Part shown: one piece after another, positions 1 through 11,849 of the stretch
Layout: each line of letters opens with the position of its first letter
How positions within the stretch are numbered: the first letter of the stretch is position 1
NCBI RefSeq assembly: GCF_006345805.1
Contig: NC_042999.1
Coordinates: 28,334,001-28,398,000 of the forward strand
DNA: 64,000 nucleotides
Origin: Octopus sinensis
Taxonomy: Eukaryota
Direction: 5' to 3'
Program-made: the position numbers and the translations under genes
Notes under the pieces: generated by a model
Told to the model about the DNA's origin: nothing
Databases searched by the model: none
Seen by the model: the letters and a program-made list of their open reading frames with translations, nothing else

Positions 1-850
1 CAATGTACAAGGAGTGGCAGATGGAGCAGATAAAAGTGCTGGAGGTGCAGGTAATTGAGCTAGGGGACGGCGTTGTGTGCTGGTGAGGATAGTGGTGTTG
101 GAGAGGAAAAGACTGGTACAACAGCCCAAGTGGAAATAAGGGTTAGGAGCCAGGTTAAGGGAAATAAGTTGGGTAGACGTTCCGGAGCAGAAGGTCGCAT
201 AGTTTGCGGGAACTTTTGAGGAGGGAAAGGGTGAGTTAGTGAAGATGTGGGAAGTGGAGGGGTTAGATGTGAGTCAGCTAAAAGTATGTGGTACGGTGGG
301 AGGGTGTTAGGTAGGGATAGAGAGGTGAGTAAACATGGTGCAGGCGCAGGGAGAGGGAATGAATGCACGGTCAACAGACGGCATGAACAAGGGCCGTTTA
401 GGTAACAGTGGGGAGGGGAATGTATCCCGTTGGGTAAAATGACGAGCATTGAGTTGAAACAGTCTGGAGGTCATGATCGCCACTTGAGTGCCGGCGGTGG
501 CAGACGAACTAAGAGTAAAGGATAGACAGTGTAGCGGTGAGGGTGGAGTGGGAGTAGTAGTGGAGGGGAGAATATGTGATACTCTAATGGATGGAGGTTG
601 TAAAAGAGGAGTGCTGCATGTAACGAAAATATCAATAAAGTTGAGAGAGTTGTTGGAGACAACAGGAAACTCCAAGAGCTTGGTGAAAGGATCCGGTGAA
701 AGGTATGAAGGATGTAAATCGTTCACAAGTGAGTAAGATCACGCCGATACGGTCGTCTATGTAACAACCGTATATTTCGGGACTGGGTACCGTGAAGTCA
801 GAGAAAAATTGGGCCGCAATATTGCAGATGAATAAGTTCACGACATATAG
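1..850 (-). mobile_element. Degenerate Penelope-like retroelement (RT C-terminal half into start of GIY-YIG endonuclease), runs off window start
   Basis: Minus-strand frames give EIYGCYIDD (RT catalytic YIDD at ~752-763), SFHQAL..SNNSLNFIDIFV (thumb region) and, at 1-56, ITCTSSTFICSICHSLYI (degenerate GIY-YIG start); several frameshifts. Confidence 0.8.
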
Positions 851-1029
851 TAATGTATATATATAAGTATGTATGTACATATGTCTATGTAATATATATA
901 TATATATATTACTAATTATCTTTTTTTAATAATTTTGATATATATCTAAAATAATATAAATTAATTAATCTTATGTATTGGCTTAAGTTTTTCATTGTAT
1001 GATTGGCCTAATAGTGGGTTTATCTCTAA

Positions 1030-1071
<42 letters not shown>

Positions 1072-1289
1072 ATATATATATATTATGTGTGTGTGTGTGT
1101 GGTGTGTGTGTGTGTGTGTGTGGTGTGTGTGTGTGTATGAGAAATTTGTTAGAAAAAGAAATATAAAATACACGTGGAAATGTAAGGGAAAAATAAGAAA
1201 AATCAACGAAAATGCACATTGTAAATAGAAAAAAGAAAAGGCTTTTTATGAAAGGTTACGACAAATATATACATTTAGATAGACTGAGG

Positions 1290-1470
1290 TAGTAATAAAA
1301 GTCATAAAAGTCATTATTATGAGATGATTAAAAAGTCAGAAAACAAAGCATACCATGGTTTCGTCAAAAGCTATTCATTGCTTTGAATAAACACCGGCTA
1401 ATAAACGGTGTCAGGTCTAATAGTTCCTGAGAGAAAAGAATATTTGTAAGGGAGGTAAGGGATATAGAAC
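1290..1470 (-). mobile_element. Probable Penelope-like 3' end/pLTR remnant with degenerate hammerhead motif (1344-1385)
   Basis: Minus strand caaagca-ATGA-atagcttttgac-GAAAC-CATG-GTA-tgctttg: 7-bp stem I, palindromic stem III, core missing CTG. Confidence 0.5.
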
Positions 1471-1584
1471 AGATATATTTAGATATAGGATATTAGATAT
1501 AGGATTTAGATATAAGGGGATATAGAATAGATTCTTTTATATTTAGATATAGAAGGTAAATATATATATATATATAGAATATAG

Positions 1585-1617
<33 letters not shown>

Positions 1618-2061
1618 AAATACAGGGAGAATTCCACAAAAAAAAGACGATAAATAGTTATACACACACACACACACAAACACACTTATATATGCATATA
1701 TTGTGATAGTAGATTTCAAATCGCATAAAGCTATTAATAATAGCCTGTAAATATTGGGTAGAAAAAAAAACCCTTAAAAAAAAAAACAGAAAAAATATCG
1801 TAGGTTGACAATGGAACTAGAACTTTCATCTCTTAACTTAAATAGTATGTACACACACACATATACACACGCAAACTTTTGTAAGTGTATTTGATTGACG
1901 GAACCTGAAAGAAGTTCGTCGTTTGTATGTATGTATGTATGTATGTATGTATGTATGTATGTATGTATGTATATATTATATATATATATATTATATATAT
2001 GTTTAAATATTTGTTGTGCAAGATTTTTTATGTGAAGTCGTGTTGTTTGAAACAGATATTG

Positions 2062-2801
2062 TTATATTTCGGAATGGTCATATTGCCAGTTTAGCCAATA
2101 AAAACATACCCACTATATATTTGGTGTTATTTTGCTTTATTGTTATTTATTTTTTACATAATCTTAATTTATTTCGGCCAGAGTTCTTTCATCACACTCC
2201 TGTGACCGCATCAGTGGTCTTTGTTTTTCTTCTTCTTATTGGTGTCTTCCTTACTAGCCGTCAGCCATTTTGTATTCCTATTGTATGTCTTCATTTGCGC
2301 ATGCTATATCTCTATGTGCGTTTATGTTTATTTAGTGTGTGTGTGGGGGGGGATGCCTGTAATATTTGTATCTTCTGTTTATATACATTCATGTAATTTG
2401 TATTTTGTTTTTGTTGTTGTTGCTTTTGTTCTAATTTTGTTCATGTGTTTACATCCACTTATTATTATCAATACATATGCTTGTATGTATAACAACAATA
2501 CTAGTAGTAATAATAATAGATCGAATCGAAAAAAAATATATATATAAATAAATAAAAAAATAAAAAATGAAGACATACAATAGAAATACAAAATGGCTGA
2601 CGGTTAGTAAGGAGAGACACAAACAAGAAAGAAGAAAACAAAGGACCACTGATGCAGTCACAGGAGTGCGATGAAAGAACTCTGGCCGAAATAAGATTAA
2701 GATTAATGTAAAAAATAAATAACAATGAAGCAAAATAACACCAAATATATAGTGCGTGTGTTTTTATTAGCTAACTGGCAATATGACCATTCCTAGAATA
2801 T
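2062..2801. repeat. Long imperfect inverted repeat (arms ~2062-2296 and ~2565-2801), same family as 41811-42060
   Basis: ggaatggtcatattgccagtttagccaataaaaac...ttgtatgtcttcattt is mirrored as aaatgaagacatacaa...ctaactggcaatatgaccattcc. Confidence 0.9.
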
Positions 2802-2854
2802 ATAATATATATATATGTATATATAATATATATATATATTATATATATATTATA

Positions 2855-2899
<45 letters not shown>

Positions 2900-2944
2900 T
2901 GTATGTATAATGTATGTGTGTGTGTGTATTTGTGTGTTTTATTT

Positions 2945-3102
2945 GTCCTCGCACTATCAATTGACAATCGATGTGGTTGATGTGTTTACATCCCCGTAAG
3001 TTCGCAGTTCTTATCAAGAATACGTCATGGGGTTCGATCTGTTTGATTAAAGGCGGTGCTTCAGCATGGACGCAATCAAATGATTGAAACAAGTAAAAGA
3101 AT
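2945..3102 (+). mobile_element. 3' part of tRNA-derived SINE (family A), diverged
   Basis: Homologous to 4970-5163 (ttgacaa-cgatg..gtgtttac-tccccgt..aaaggcggt-c-cagcatgg-cgca-tcaaatga-tgaaacaagtaaaaga). Confidence 0.8.
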
Positions 3103-3117
3103 ATAAAAGTGTATATA

Positions 3118-3183
<66 letters not shown>

Positions 3184-3208
3184 ATGTGTGTGTGTGTTTG
3201 TGTGTTTA

Positions 3209-3243
<35 letters not shown>

Positions 3244-3298
3244 ATGCATGTATGTATAGATATATGTCCGTGTATGTATATATATGTGTGTGTGTATA

Positions 3299-3347
<49 letters not shown>

Positions 3348-3626
3348 TACCTATATACACATACGTACACATGCACACACGCACACACACATAAACACGC
3401 ATACATACTCACGTTGCTTCCGTTATTACTCATATTAATCTAGAGAAACAAATTTACTTAAAATTTGTATTAAAAAATTTCTCTCTCAGGGGAGAACATA
3501 TCCACAGAGTAAAAGAATGTGAGAAGAATTTTAAAAAAAATAGATACTTTGAATCTAACCTTTATTTTGACATTTACTTGGATATAAAACAGAGATTCAC
3601 GAAGAAAGACAATAACACACACACAC

Positions 3627-3669
<43 letters not shown>

Positions 3670-4365
3670 ACACATACACACACATACACACACACACAAA
3701 CACAGACACACACATACAAACACACAACGTACACTGTCTCCCTAATTGTGCAGTATTTTCTATACATTTAATTATTTTTCTCCTCTATACTTTCAGCGTC
3801 TATCAGCTGCAAGTTTCTTATCAGTATTATAAAGCAAATATAATTATGAATAATTATGTTTGAGTGAGTACGTGTGTATTTTTGCCTGTGTTTAATGACG
3901 TCATGTATGTGTATATAACTCTGCTGTGGTTGTATGGTTGTGTGTTTGTGTATTCTTAATTGAATATTTCAGAATATGAAAGGAAATATAAAATGAGATT
4001 TTGCATCAATTCACGACGCGAATATCTCATAATGACATTATATATGTCATATAGAAAATGTTGTAAACAGCTGCCTACCTATGCGTCTGACTAAACAGAA
4101 TCTCTCGTTAGCCAACTTGTACCTATATACATATACTCACGTATTCATACATACGTACGAATTCACACAATATCACCTACGCGCTGACGGAAGTATGGAA
4201 ATATAACACACACATACAGGTATAAAGACAATCTAGTGCACACAGTATATGTATATATGTGAACACACACACACACATATAAATGCATAAGCACACACAC
4301 GCTTGCACACACGGAAACACATACACACACAACCACATATGGTATATGTATATGTTATGTATATG

Positions 4366-4440
<75 letters not shown>

Positions 4441-4746
4441 CGATGCTAGTCTAACAAAAGAATGTCCTATATATGATTACTATTTGAAATTCGGGAAGTA
4501 TTTTTCGATAATGTATTATTTGCTTTTTTTTATTTTTCTTATGATTAATTATGTATACAGCTACATGAAAGTATAATAAAATGTATCATACATAGCAGCT
4601 GCGCTAAGAGCACTATATATATATATATATAATATATATCTATATATATATATATATATCATATATATATATATAATATATATATATATATACATACATA
4701 CATACATACACATATATATATATACTATATATTATATTTATATATA

Positions 4747-5163
4747 GGCGCAGGAGTGCCTGTGTCGTAAGTAGCTTGCTAACCAACCACATAGTTGCGG
4801 GTTCAGTTCCACTGCGTGGCATCTTGGGCAAGTGTCTTCTGCTATAGCCCCGGGCCGATCAATGCCTTGTGAGTGGATTTGGTAGACGGAAACTGAAAGA
4901 AGCCTGTCGTATATATGTATATATGAATATATATATGTGTGTGTGTTTGTGTGCCTGTGTTTGTCCCCCCTAGCATTGCTTGACAACCGATGCTGGTGTG
5001 TTTACGTCCCCGTCACCTAGCGGTTCGGCAAATGAGACCGATAGAATAAGTACTGGCCTTACAAAGACTAAGTCCCGGGGTTCGATTCGCTCGACTAAAG
5101 GCGGTACTCCAGCATGGCCGCAGTCAAATGACTGAAACAAGTAAAAGAGTAAAAGAGTAAAAG
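4747..5163 (+). mobile_element. Full-length tRNA-derived SINE (family A) with internal (TA)n/(TG)n linker and (GTAAAAGA)n tail
   Basis: Head ggcgcaggagtgcctgtgtcgtaagtagc...gggttcagttccactgcg (A/B-box-like), cttgggcaagtgtcttc core, repeated tail; other pieces at 2945, 37245 and 43902. Confidence 0.85.
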
Positions 5164-5729
5164 TGTATACATATATACAAATATATATATAGGTATAATC
5201 ATATTCGTATGCATACATAAATATTTGTACACACAGACACACACAATATAAGTATATGGCTGCGTGTGTACATATGCACATAGATATATTTAAATATATG
5301 TGCGTCAGTATGTATCTTAATATATAACTTTTCATGTACTTCGCTATACTGAAGCATCAGAATTTGTAGATGTGCTTCGATATACATGCATACATACATA
5401 CATACTTACATACATACATGCATACATACACAAAGTATATATATATATTTATATATAACATGGTTTTCCTAATCGTTGTATTATACAGACGGTTCATCTA
5501 AAGCTTTAGGAATAGTACTTATGACCTCCATTGATGATTCCTATTTTGTATAATGAAGGAAAGACATCATTGAATAACACACGTCACGGTGACGATGATC
5601 GTGTATCATTGCTATCTATAAAAGAGAAAAGCATCAACATCATATCCCTGCGCAATTAATTAACTTGCTACGAATGATTAGTGATCAGGTGTTAATGCCA
5701 ATCTACTATAATTAATCTTCATGCGTGAT

Positions 5730-6160
5730 ATTTTGCCGAGATTTCGTTCTGTCCAAAGTTCCAAATTTTGGATATGAATTAACGATGAAGAAGTATGCAA
5801 GTTTTTCCTGAGTTTCCAAGACAGGGTTGAAGAAGCGAAGAATATTTTTATAATTGGCAGACCTGGTTCCACCAACTAGTTCTGCTAAAAATGGTAACTG
5901 ATTGAACCTGTTACTTCACGCCATAATGAACAGTTCCTCTTATTGGCTTCTGCTCATTATCTCTCCTCCAAATTGCACTCTAAATATTTTATCCACTTTC
6001 AGGTTTTGGATGGAGTTATTTCCAAAGATGTACATCGAGATGGAAATCGGGACAAGGTAGTTCAGAAGTAAATTTTTTAAAATAGAACTCTGCCTACCCT
6101 CAGTTCCAAATATCAGCAATATTATTCGTCTGGGAATCAACAGTCAATTTAGTAGAAGCA
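5730..6160 (+). mobile_element. Degenerate LINE ORF1-like remnant
   Basis: Shares gaactctgccta-cctca / ELCL motif with 35477-35500; broken frames INDEEVCKFFLSFQDRVEEAKNIFIIGRPG and FRSKFFKIELCLPS. Confidence 0.35.
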
Positions 6161-6545
6161 ATTCTAGTAGTGGGTGTATCAAAAGCTAATACAAAATAAT
6201 GTGGTGTGAAATAAAGCAACATAACTTTTATTTTAATTATTTCAACGAAGAAAAGAAAAATAACGGACTCGTTTCATATATTTCTGATTCATTATGAGCT
6301 CATAAGTAAAGCATATATATATATATAATTACTGACGGATTTATTCTTAAGAGAATAAATCCTTTATATGTAATATCATCAGAGAAAGTAATAATTACTG
6401 TGCTATGTTTAATGCAGAGATCATTAATTAACGAAAATAAATAGACTGATTTACAAACATATATACACAAGGAAGATTAGTTGGTGTATGGGGATATGGA
6501 TAGACTGCTCAGCAGGTAGACAAACAGAGAGATAGTATAGCAGGC

Positions 6546-6917
6546 GTGGAGGCGCAATGGCCCAGTGGTTAGGGCAGCGGACTCGCGGTTTCGATTCTCA
6601 GACCGGGCGTTGTGAGTGTTTATTGAGCGAAAACACCTAAAGCTCCACGAGGCTCCGGCAGGGATGGTAGTGATCCCTGCTGTACTCTTTCGCCACAACT
6701 TTCTCTCACTCTTACTTCCTGTTTCTGTTGTACCTGTATTTCAAAGGGCCGGCCTTGTCACTCTCTGTGTCACGCTGAATATCCCCGAGAACTACGTTAA
6801 GGGTACACGTGTCTGTGGAGTGCTCAGCCACTTACACGTTAATTTCACGAGCAGGCTGTTCCGTTGATCGGATCAACCGGAGCCCTCATCGTCGTAACCG
6901 ACGGAGTGCTTCCACAG
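6546..6917 (+). mobile_element. tRNA-derived SINE (family B, Arg-like head), full length, 11-bp TSD
   Basis: Head gtggaggcgcaatggcccagtggttagggcagcggactcgcgg; TSD gtatagcaggc at 6535-6545 and 6918-6928; near-identical copies at 16410, 19693, 23858. Confidence 0.95.
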
Positions 6918-7369
6918 GTATAGCAGGCAAGCAGACAGATACACAGGCATAAGTGGTTGGATAAATGGATGGACAGAGGTAGATTGAAAGACATACATAC
7001 AGGTATACAGACACACATAAAGGCAGACAGGCAGACAAACAGACAATTATATAGATAGTTATAAAGATAGATATATAAGTTAGGTTTAACATATTTGATG
7101 GAGGAATCATTTAAGTAGCTAAATTATTAATATTCAAACATACAGATCGAAAAATGTCTTAGTGTTAAGGTGTATTAATGTAGGAAGCGTAAAACAACTC
7201 AGCAAAATAGAAGTTGGCAAAGAAAAGAATCTTGCTATTTCAATTTACATTTTATTGGCTCAACAAGTATGAGGGAGAAATCTAGTTATGTCATCGCCTT
7301 ATTCTGAGCTCATCATTGAAGCATAATTTAATTTCAGAGGTAAAACTGAAAATAACAAAATATTTGACG

Positions 7370-7575
7370 GACCGAACGCGTGTTGTTAAATGGTCTAGAT
7401 GGATGACCATTTACGCGAACTACCCAGCGGATGCCGCAGTATAAAGCAGCAATCCAACAGCGGACACTGGACTGAAACCAGCCACCGGAAGTTTCGATGG
7501 CCAACCCTATCGAAAGATTTGATTGATCCAAATTGATCAGCGCTCCACCCATACCAGGTTCCTTAACTACCCCGT
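7370..7575 (-). mobile_element. L1/Tx1-clade LINE reverse transcriptase fragment
   Basis: IIDGVVKEPGMGGALINLDQS..WIAALYCGIRWVVRVNGHPSRPFNNTRSVRQ matches the RT stretch LDQxKAFDRV ... VRVNG..S..F.I.RSVRQG. Confidence 0.75.
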
Positions 7576-7593
7576 CTATGATTTAGCGCATAT

Positions 7594-7654
7594 TCTTCTT
7601 CTTCTTCTTCTTCTTCTTCTTCTTCTTCTTCTTCTTCTTCTTCTTCTTCTTCTT

Positions 7655-7740
<86 letters not shown>

Positions 7741-7889
7741 TTTTTTTCTTTTTTCAAATTTGCTTCCATATCTTGCTGAGTGTCTTCCCGACTCCTAGGG
7801 CAAAGAACCTCATAGTATACATTGGTAGGCCATTAAACCAATTATTATTATTATTATTACTATTATTATTATTATTATTTTCATTATTA

Positions 7890-7930
<41 letters not shown>
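7594..7930. repeat. Compound (TTC)n-(TTA)n microsatellite interrupted by a ~95-bp unique insert (7741-7840)
   Basis: Direct reading of sequence. Confidence 0.95.
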
Positions 7931-7933
<3 letters not shown>

Positions 7934-8027
7934 TAGTTTAATTTTTATAGCGTGCTTTCACTTCACTACCGAGCGCAGCTCTGTGTGCCTTTGGCATGTG
8001 CTGTGATTTGTTGTGATGCTCTGATGG

Positions 8028-8795
8028 TTATTGTATGGAAAGTGTTCTGCGTAGGATGTGTGCAGTGCCTAGTAGTGCAATTTTCTGTACGTTATATGTG
8101 TTTGTAAGTCCTGGTGTTTTTGTTATGTATTTGTCTGAATATTTTTTTATCATGCCTAATGCACCTACTATGATAGGAATTGTTTCTGTTTTCAGATTCC
8201 ACATTCTAGTTACCTCCATTTCCAGGTCTTTGTATTTTGAGAGTTTCTCCATTTCTTTTAGAGACACGTTGTCATCAGCCGGTATTGATACATCAATTAG
8301 AAAGCATTTTTTTTCTTCATGATCTCTGAGAACTATATCTGGTCTGTTGGCCTTAATTTCTCTATCTGTGTGTATCGGCATATCCCAGAGTATGGTTGCT
8401 TTCTCGTTTTCTGTGACCTTTTCTGGTGTGTGCCTAAACCATCTTTTTTCTGTTGTTATTCCATAATGTTGGCATAGCTTCCAATGTATGTAGTTTCCAA
8501 CTCTGTCATGTCTGTGAATATATTCCTTCTTAGCCAAGACTGGGCAGCTAGAGATAATATGATTTATTGTTTCTTGTCCATCTCCACATATTCTGCAGTT
8601 ACTTGTAATATTTCTTTTCATTACATGTTTTTGGTAATTTCTGGTGGGGAGGCTTTGGTCTTGTGCTGCAATTAAAAATCCCTCTGTTTCTGCTTTGAGT
8701 CCTGAGCTTCTCAACCATTGCTGGGATTTTTCTTTGTCTATTTCTTTTGCGTTTAGTTTAGTCCAGTATTTACCATGAAGGGGCTTTTCTTGCAT
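8028..8795 (-). pseudogene. C-terminal CCHC zinc finger plus PD-(D/E)xK restriction-like endonuclease of the Dong-like element
   Basis: 255-aa open stretch ending GTAHILRRTLSIQ; upstream frames are broken. Confidence 0.9.
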
Positions 8796-9821
8796 CGTTT
8801 TATCATGGTTCGTTGCTGTTCTATTTTTAGTTTGGATTTCATTTGTTTTATAGCTTTTGTTGTTTCTTCATCTTCTTCTTCTTCTTCATGTTTATTAGGT
8901 GGTATGATTTCTTGTTTGTATTTGTCAGCTTCCTTAAATACTGAGAACAGTTTTTTGTTTTGCCGCTATCTGGATCAGTTTTCCTTCCTTCTGAAGTAGA
9001 TATTTTTGCAGTCCTATGGTGGTTATTTTATAGTAGTTTTCCAGCTGTATAAGGCCTCTACCACCTTCTATACGTTGTATATATTGTCTTTCTATGTCAG
9101 ATTTTGGGTGATGCATCCTAGATCCTGTCATTATTTTTCTTGTTTTCCTATCTATTTTGGTCAGTTCATTTCGTGTCCAGTTAAGGATATGTAGCTGTAC
9201 TTATAACTGGGACAGCTAAAGTGTTGATACCTATTATCTTGTTTTTAGCATTTAGCTCTGTGTTTAGTATTGATCTAACTCGTCTATAATATTCTTTTTT
9301 TATTTTCTCTTTCATTTGTGTGTGTTGTGTCTTATCTAGTTCATGGATTCCTAAGTATTTGTAAGTTTGGCTTTGGTCTAATTCTTTTATTTCATTGGTT
9401 TTATCTAGTGTGATGTTGTTACTCTTAACTAGTTTTCCTCTTTTCATGGTTACTTTGGCGCATTTTTCTAATCCAATTTCATATCTATTTCTTTGGTAAA
9501 TCCATGAACTGTCTTTAATAGTGTTTCCAGCTGTTTGTCACTTGCAGCGTATAGTTTTAGGTCATCCATATATAAAAGGTGGCTGATCGTTTTGCCGTAA
9601 CATTTATATCCGCATCCAGTTCTATTTAGCATATCAGATAGAGGACAGTGCCAAGCAGAAAAGGAGTGGAGAGAGCGTATCTCCCTGGAATATTCCTCTT
9701 CTAACGGGGATGTCTTTGGTTTTCATGAGTCCCTCTTTTGTTTGGAGGTGTAGGACTGTTTGCCATTTATTCATAGAGTGCTCTATGAATTTTATGATTG
9801 TTGGTGCTACTTTGGTAATGG

Positions 9822-10418
9822 CTAGTGTTTCGAGGATCCATGTGTGGGGATGCTATCAAACGCCTTTTTGTAGTCAATCCAGGCCATACTGAGGCCTTTC
9901 TTCTTTCTGTGGCTGTCTTCAGTTATGGCTTTATTAATCATTAGTTGATTTTTACAGCCATATGAGCCTTTGCGGCATCCTTTCTGCTCTTCTGCGAACA
10001 GTTTGTTTTCGTCCAGGTGCTTGTTCAGCCTTTGTGATATCACTGCAGTAAATGCCTTGAACATAGTAGGGAGGCAGGTTATTGGCCTGTAGTTTTCTGG
10101 TTTTTCTGTTTCATTTGATTTGGGAATTAAGATGGTTTTCCCCTTCGTGAGCCATTCAGGCATTGTCTCTGGCTCTGCTAGTATGCTGTTAAAGTTTTCA
10201 GCCAGCTTTTTGTGCATTCCTGTTAGATATTTCAACCAGAAGTTGGGGATCTTGTCATGCCCAGGTGCCTTCCAGTTGCTTAGTCTTTGCAGTGCCTGGG
10301 TGACCTCTTCAGTTGTTATGGGGGTCCAAAGTTGTTCAGATGCCGAGTTTGTTATTCTGATACTCCTTTTTTTTGGTGGTTCGTTCGCCGACCCTATTTC
10401 TCCCCAGAATTCTTCCAA
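9822..10418 (-). pseudogene. N-terminal RT domains of the Dong-like element
   Basis: 198-aa ORF with KAPGHD, YRPITCLPT and DYKKAFDS motifs; frameshift at end. Confidence 0.9.
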
Positions 10419-11427
10419 TTCTTCTGCCGTTGGTGCTGCAGTGACTTCTATTTTATTTTTTCCCAGTTCTTGGTAGAACTTTTTGGGGTTAGAGTTGAAC
10501 TTTTTGTTTTCTTCAAAGAAGCGTTGGCGTTTCTTTTACCGGCGGATCCTTTGTGCTTTGGCAAGGATATCTTTCAGCTTTTCTTTTATTTCAGGCAAAT
10601 CTTTCACTGTGATGTTATATTTGCGGAGTATTTTTGTTCTCTTTTTGTTGCTCAGTAGCGTTGATTGTTTGCTGATTTCATTAAGAATCGACAGGTCTTT
10701 TCTAATTTTTTTTATTTTGCTTTGGATGTTATTTATCCACAGGGTTTGTTTGGGTGGTGGTACTCCTGTTTGGGCGGGTTTGGGTGAGTATCCAGCTTCT
10801 TTTGTGGCTGCAGTGGCTGCTGCGTATATTAGGTTATTTAGCTCAGTGATATCACTTTTTTTTGATTCAGTGGCTATCAGTTCAGTGACGGCTAGGTTTA
10901 TGCTGTTTATAATAGGTGTTGTTATTTTGTTTATTTTGATTCTTGGGAGGTATGGTCGGTGGTCCATTTTGAGCTCTGTGGTTTTCAGTTCTTTGATTAT
11001 TTTATTTTTCATATTATCATAATCATTAGGCTCCCCTTCGTTGTTTACATCGTGTTTGTTGGGAATGTTGCGTTTGTCTTCGTGTTTTATAGTTTCAGTG
11101 TTTATATTATTGGGCATTGTTGTGTGACTTCTATCTACATTTTCCTGGTGTATGTTTTCTTTTAGGTGTTCTATTTCTATTTCTGATATTTTTTTGTGTT
11201 GAGAATGTATCTTCGTACGTTAGCTAATTTATTAGGGTTCATTGCTGTATCCAAGTCTGTATCTCTATTATTTTCCTTCCATATTTTATATGTATGTGTT
11301 GTTGTATTTTCATTTTTTGGGTAGAGTACTGCTGTGAAGTATGCGTGTGAGATAGAAATGTATTCCTCACGTGTCCATTTACGTCTTTTGGGTTTTATTT
11401 GCGGGACATGAGGTACAAGGTCCGGCC

Positions 11428-11429
<2 letters not shown>

Positions 11430-11520
<91 letters not shown>

Positions 11521-11542
11521 CATTATTATCATTATTTTATTA

Positions 11543-11573
<31 letters not shown>

Positions 11574-11624
11574 TATTATTATATATTATTATTATTATTA
11601 ATATTATTATTATTATCATTATTA

Positions 11625-11664
<40 letters not shown>

Positions 11665-11684
11665 CATTATTATCATTATTATCA

Positions 11685-11719
<35 letters not shown>

Positions 11720-11801
11720 CATATTTTATTATATTATTATTATTATTATTATTATTATCATTATTATTATTATCATTATATTATTATTATTATTATTATT
11801 A

Positions 11802-11834
<33 letters not shown>

Positions 11835-11838
11835 CATT
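11430..11838. repeat. Long (TTA)n/(TCA) microsatellite
   Basis: Direct reading. Confidence 0.95.
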
Positions 11839-11849
11839 TTTAAAAAAAG

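Larger units (their letters stand above)
7931..11429 (-). mobile_element. Near full-length R4/Dong-clade non-LTR retrotransposon (single ORF: N-terminal KWTREEY region, RT, CCHC finger, restriction-like endonuclease), frameshifted, inserted in (TAA)n
   Basis: KPKRRKWTREEY near 11370-11400; APGHDKIPNFWLK, ENYRPITCLPT, EQKGCRKG, WIDYKKAFDS (9822-10418); LLYMDDLKL at ~9560; CRICGDGQETINHIISSC and RPDIVLRD..FLIDVSIP..EKLSKY (8028-8795); both ends abut (TTA)n. Confidence 0.95.

Noticed and set aside
961-1032. Short match (attggcctaata) to the Penelope linker at ~40085
   Set aside because: Too short to annotate confidently, although likely a PLE scrap.
6002-6056. 54-bp AG/GT-bounded candidate micro-exon (VLDGVISKDVHRDGNRDK)
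   Set aside because: Weak donor site and overlap with a LINE ORF1-like remnant; expected by chance.
6262-6300. GAAAC-GA-GTC hammerhead-like motif on minus strand
   Set aside because: Core reads ATAATGA and neither stem I nor stem II pairs; insufficient support.
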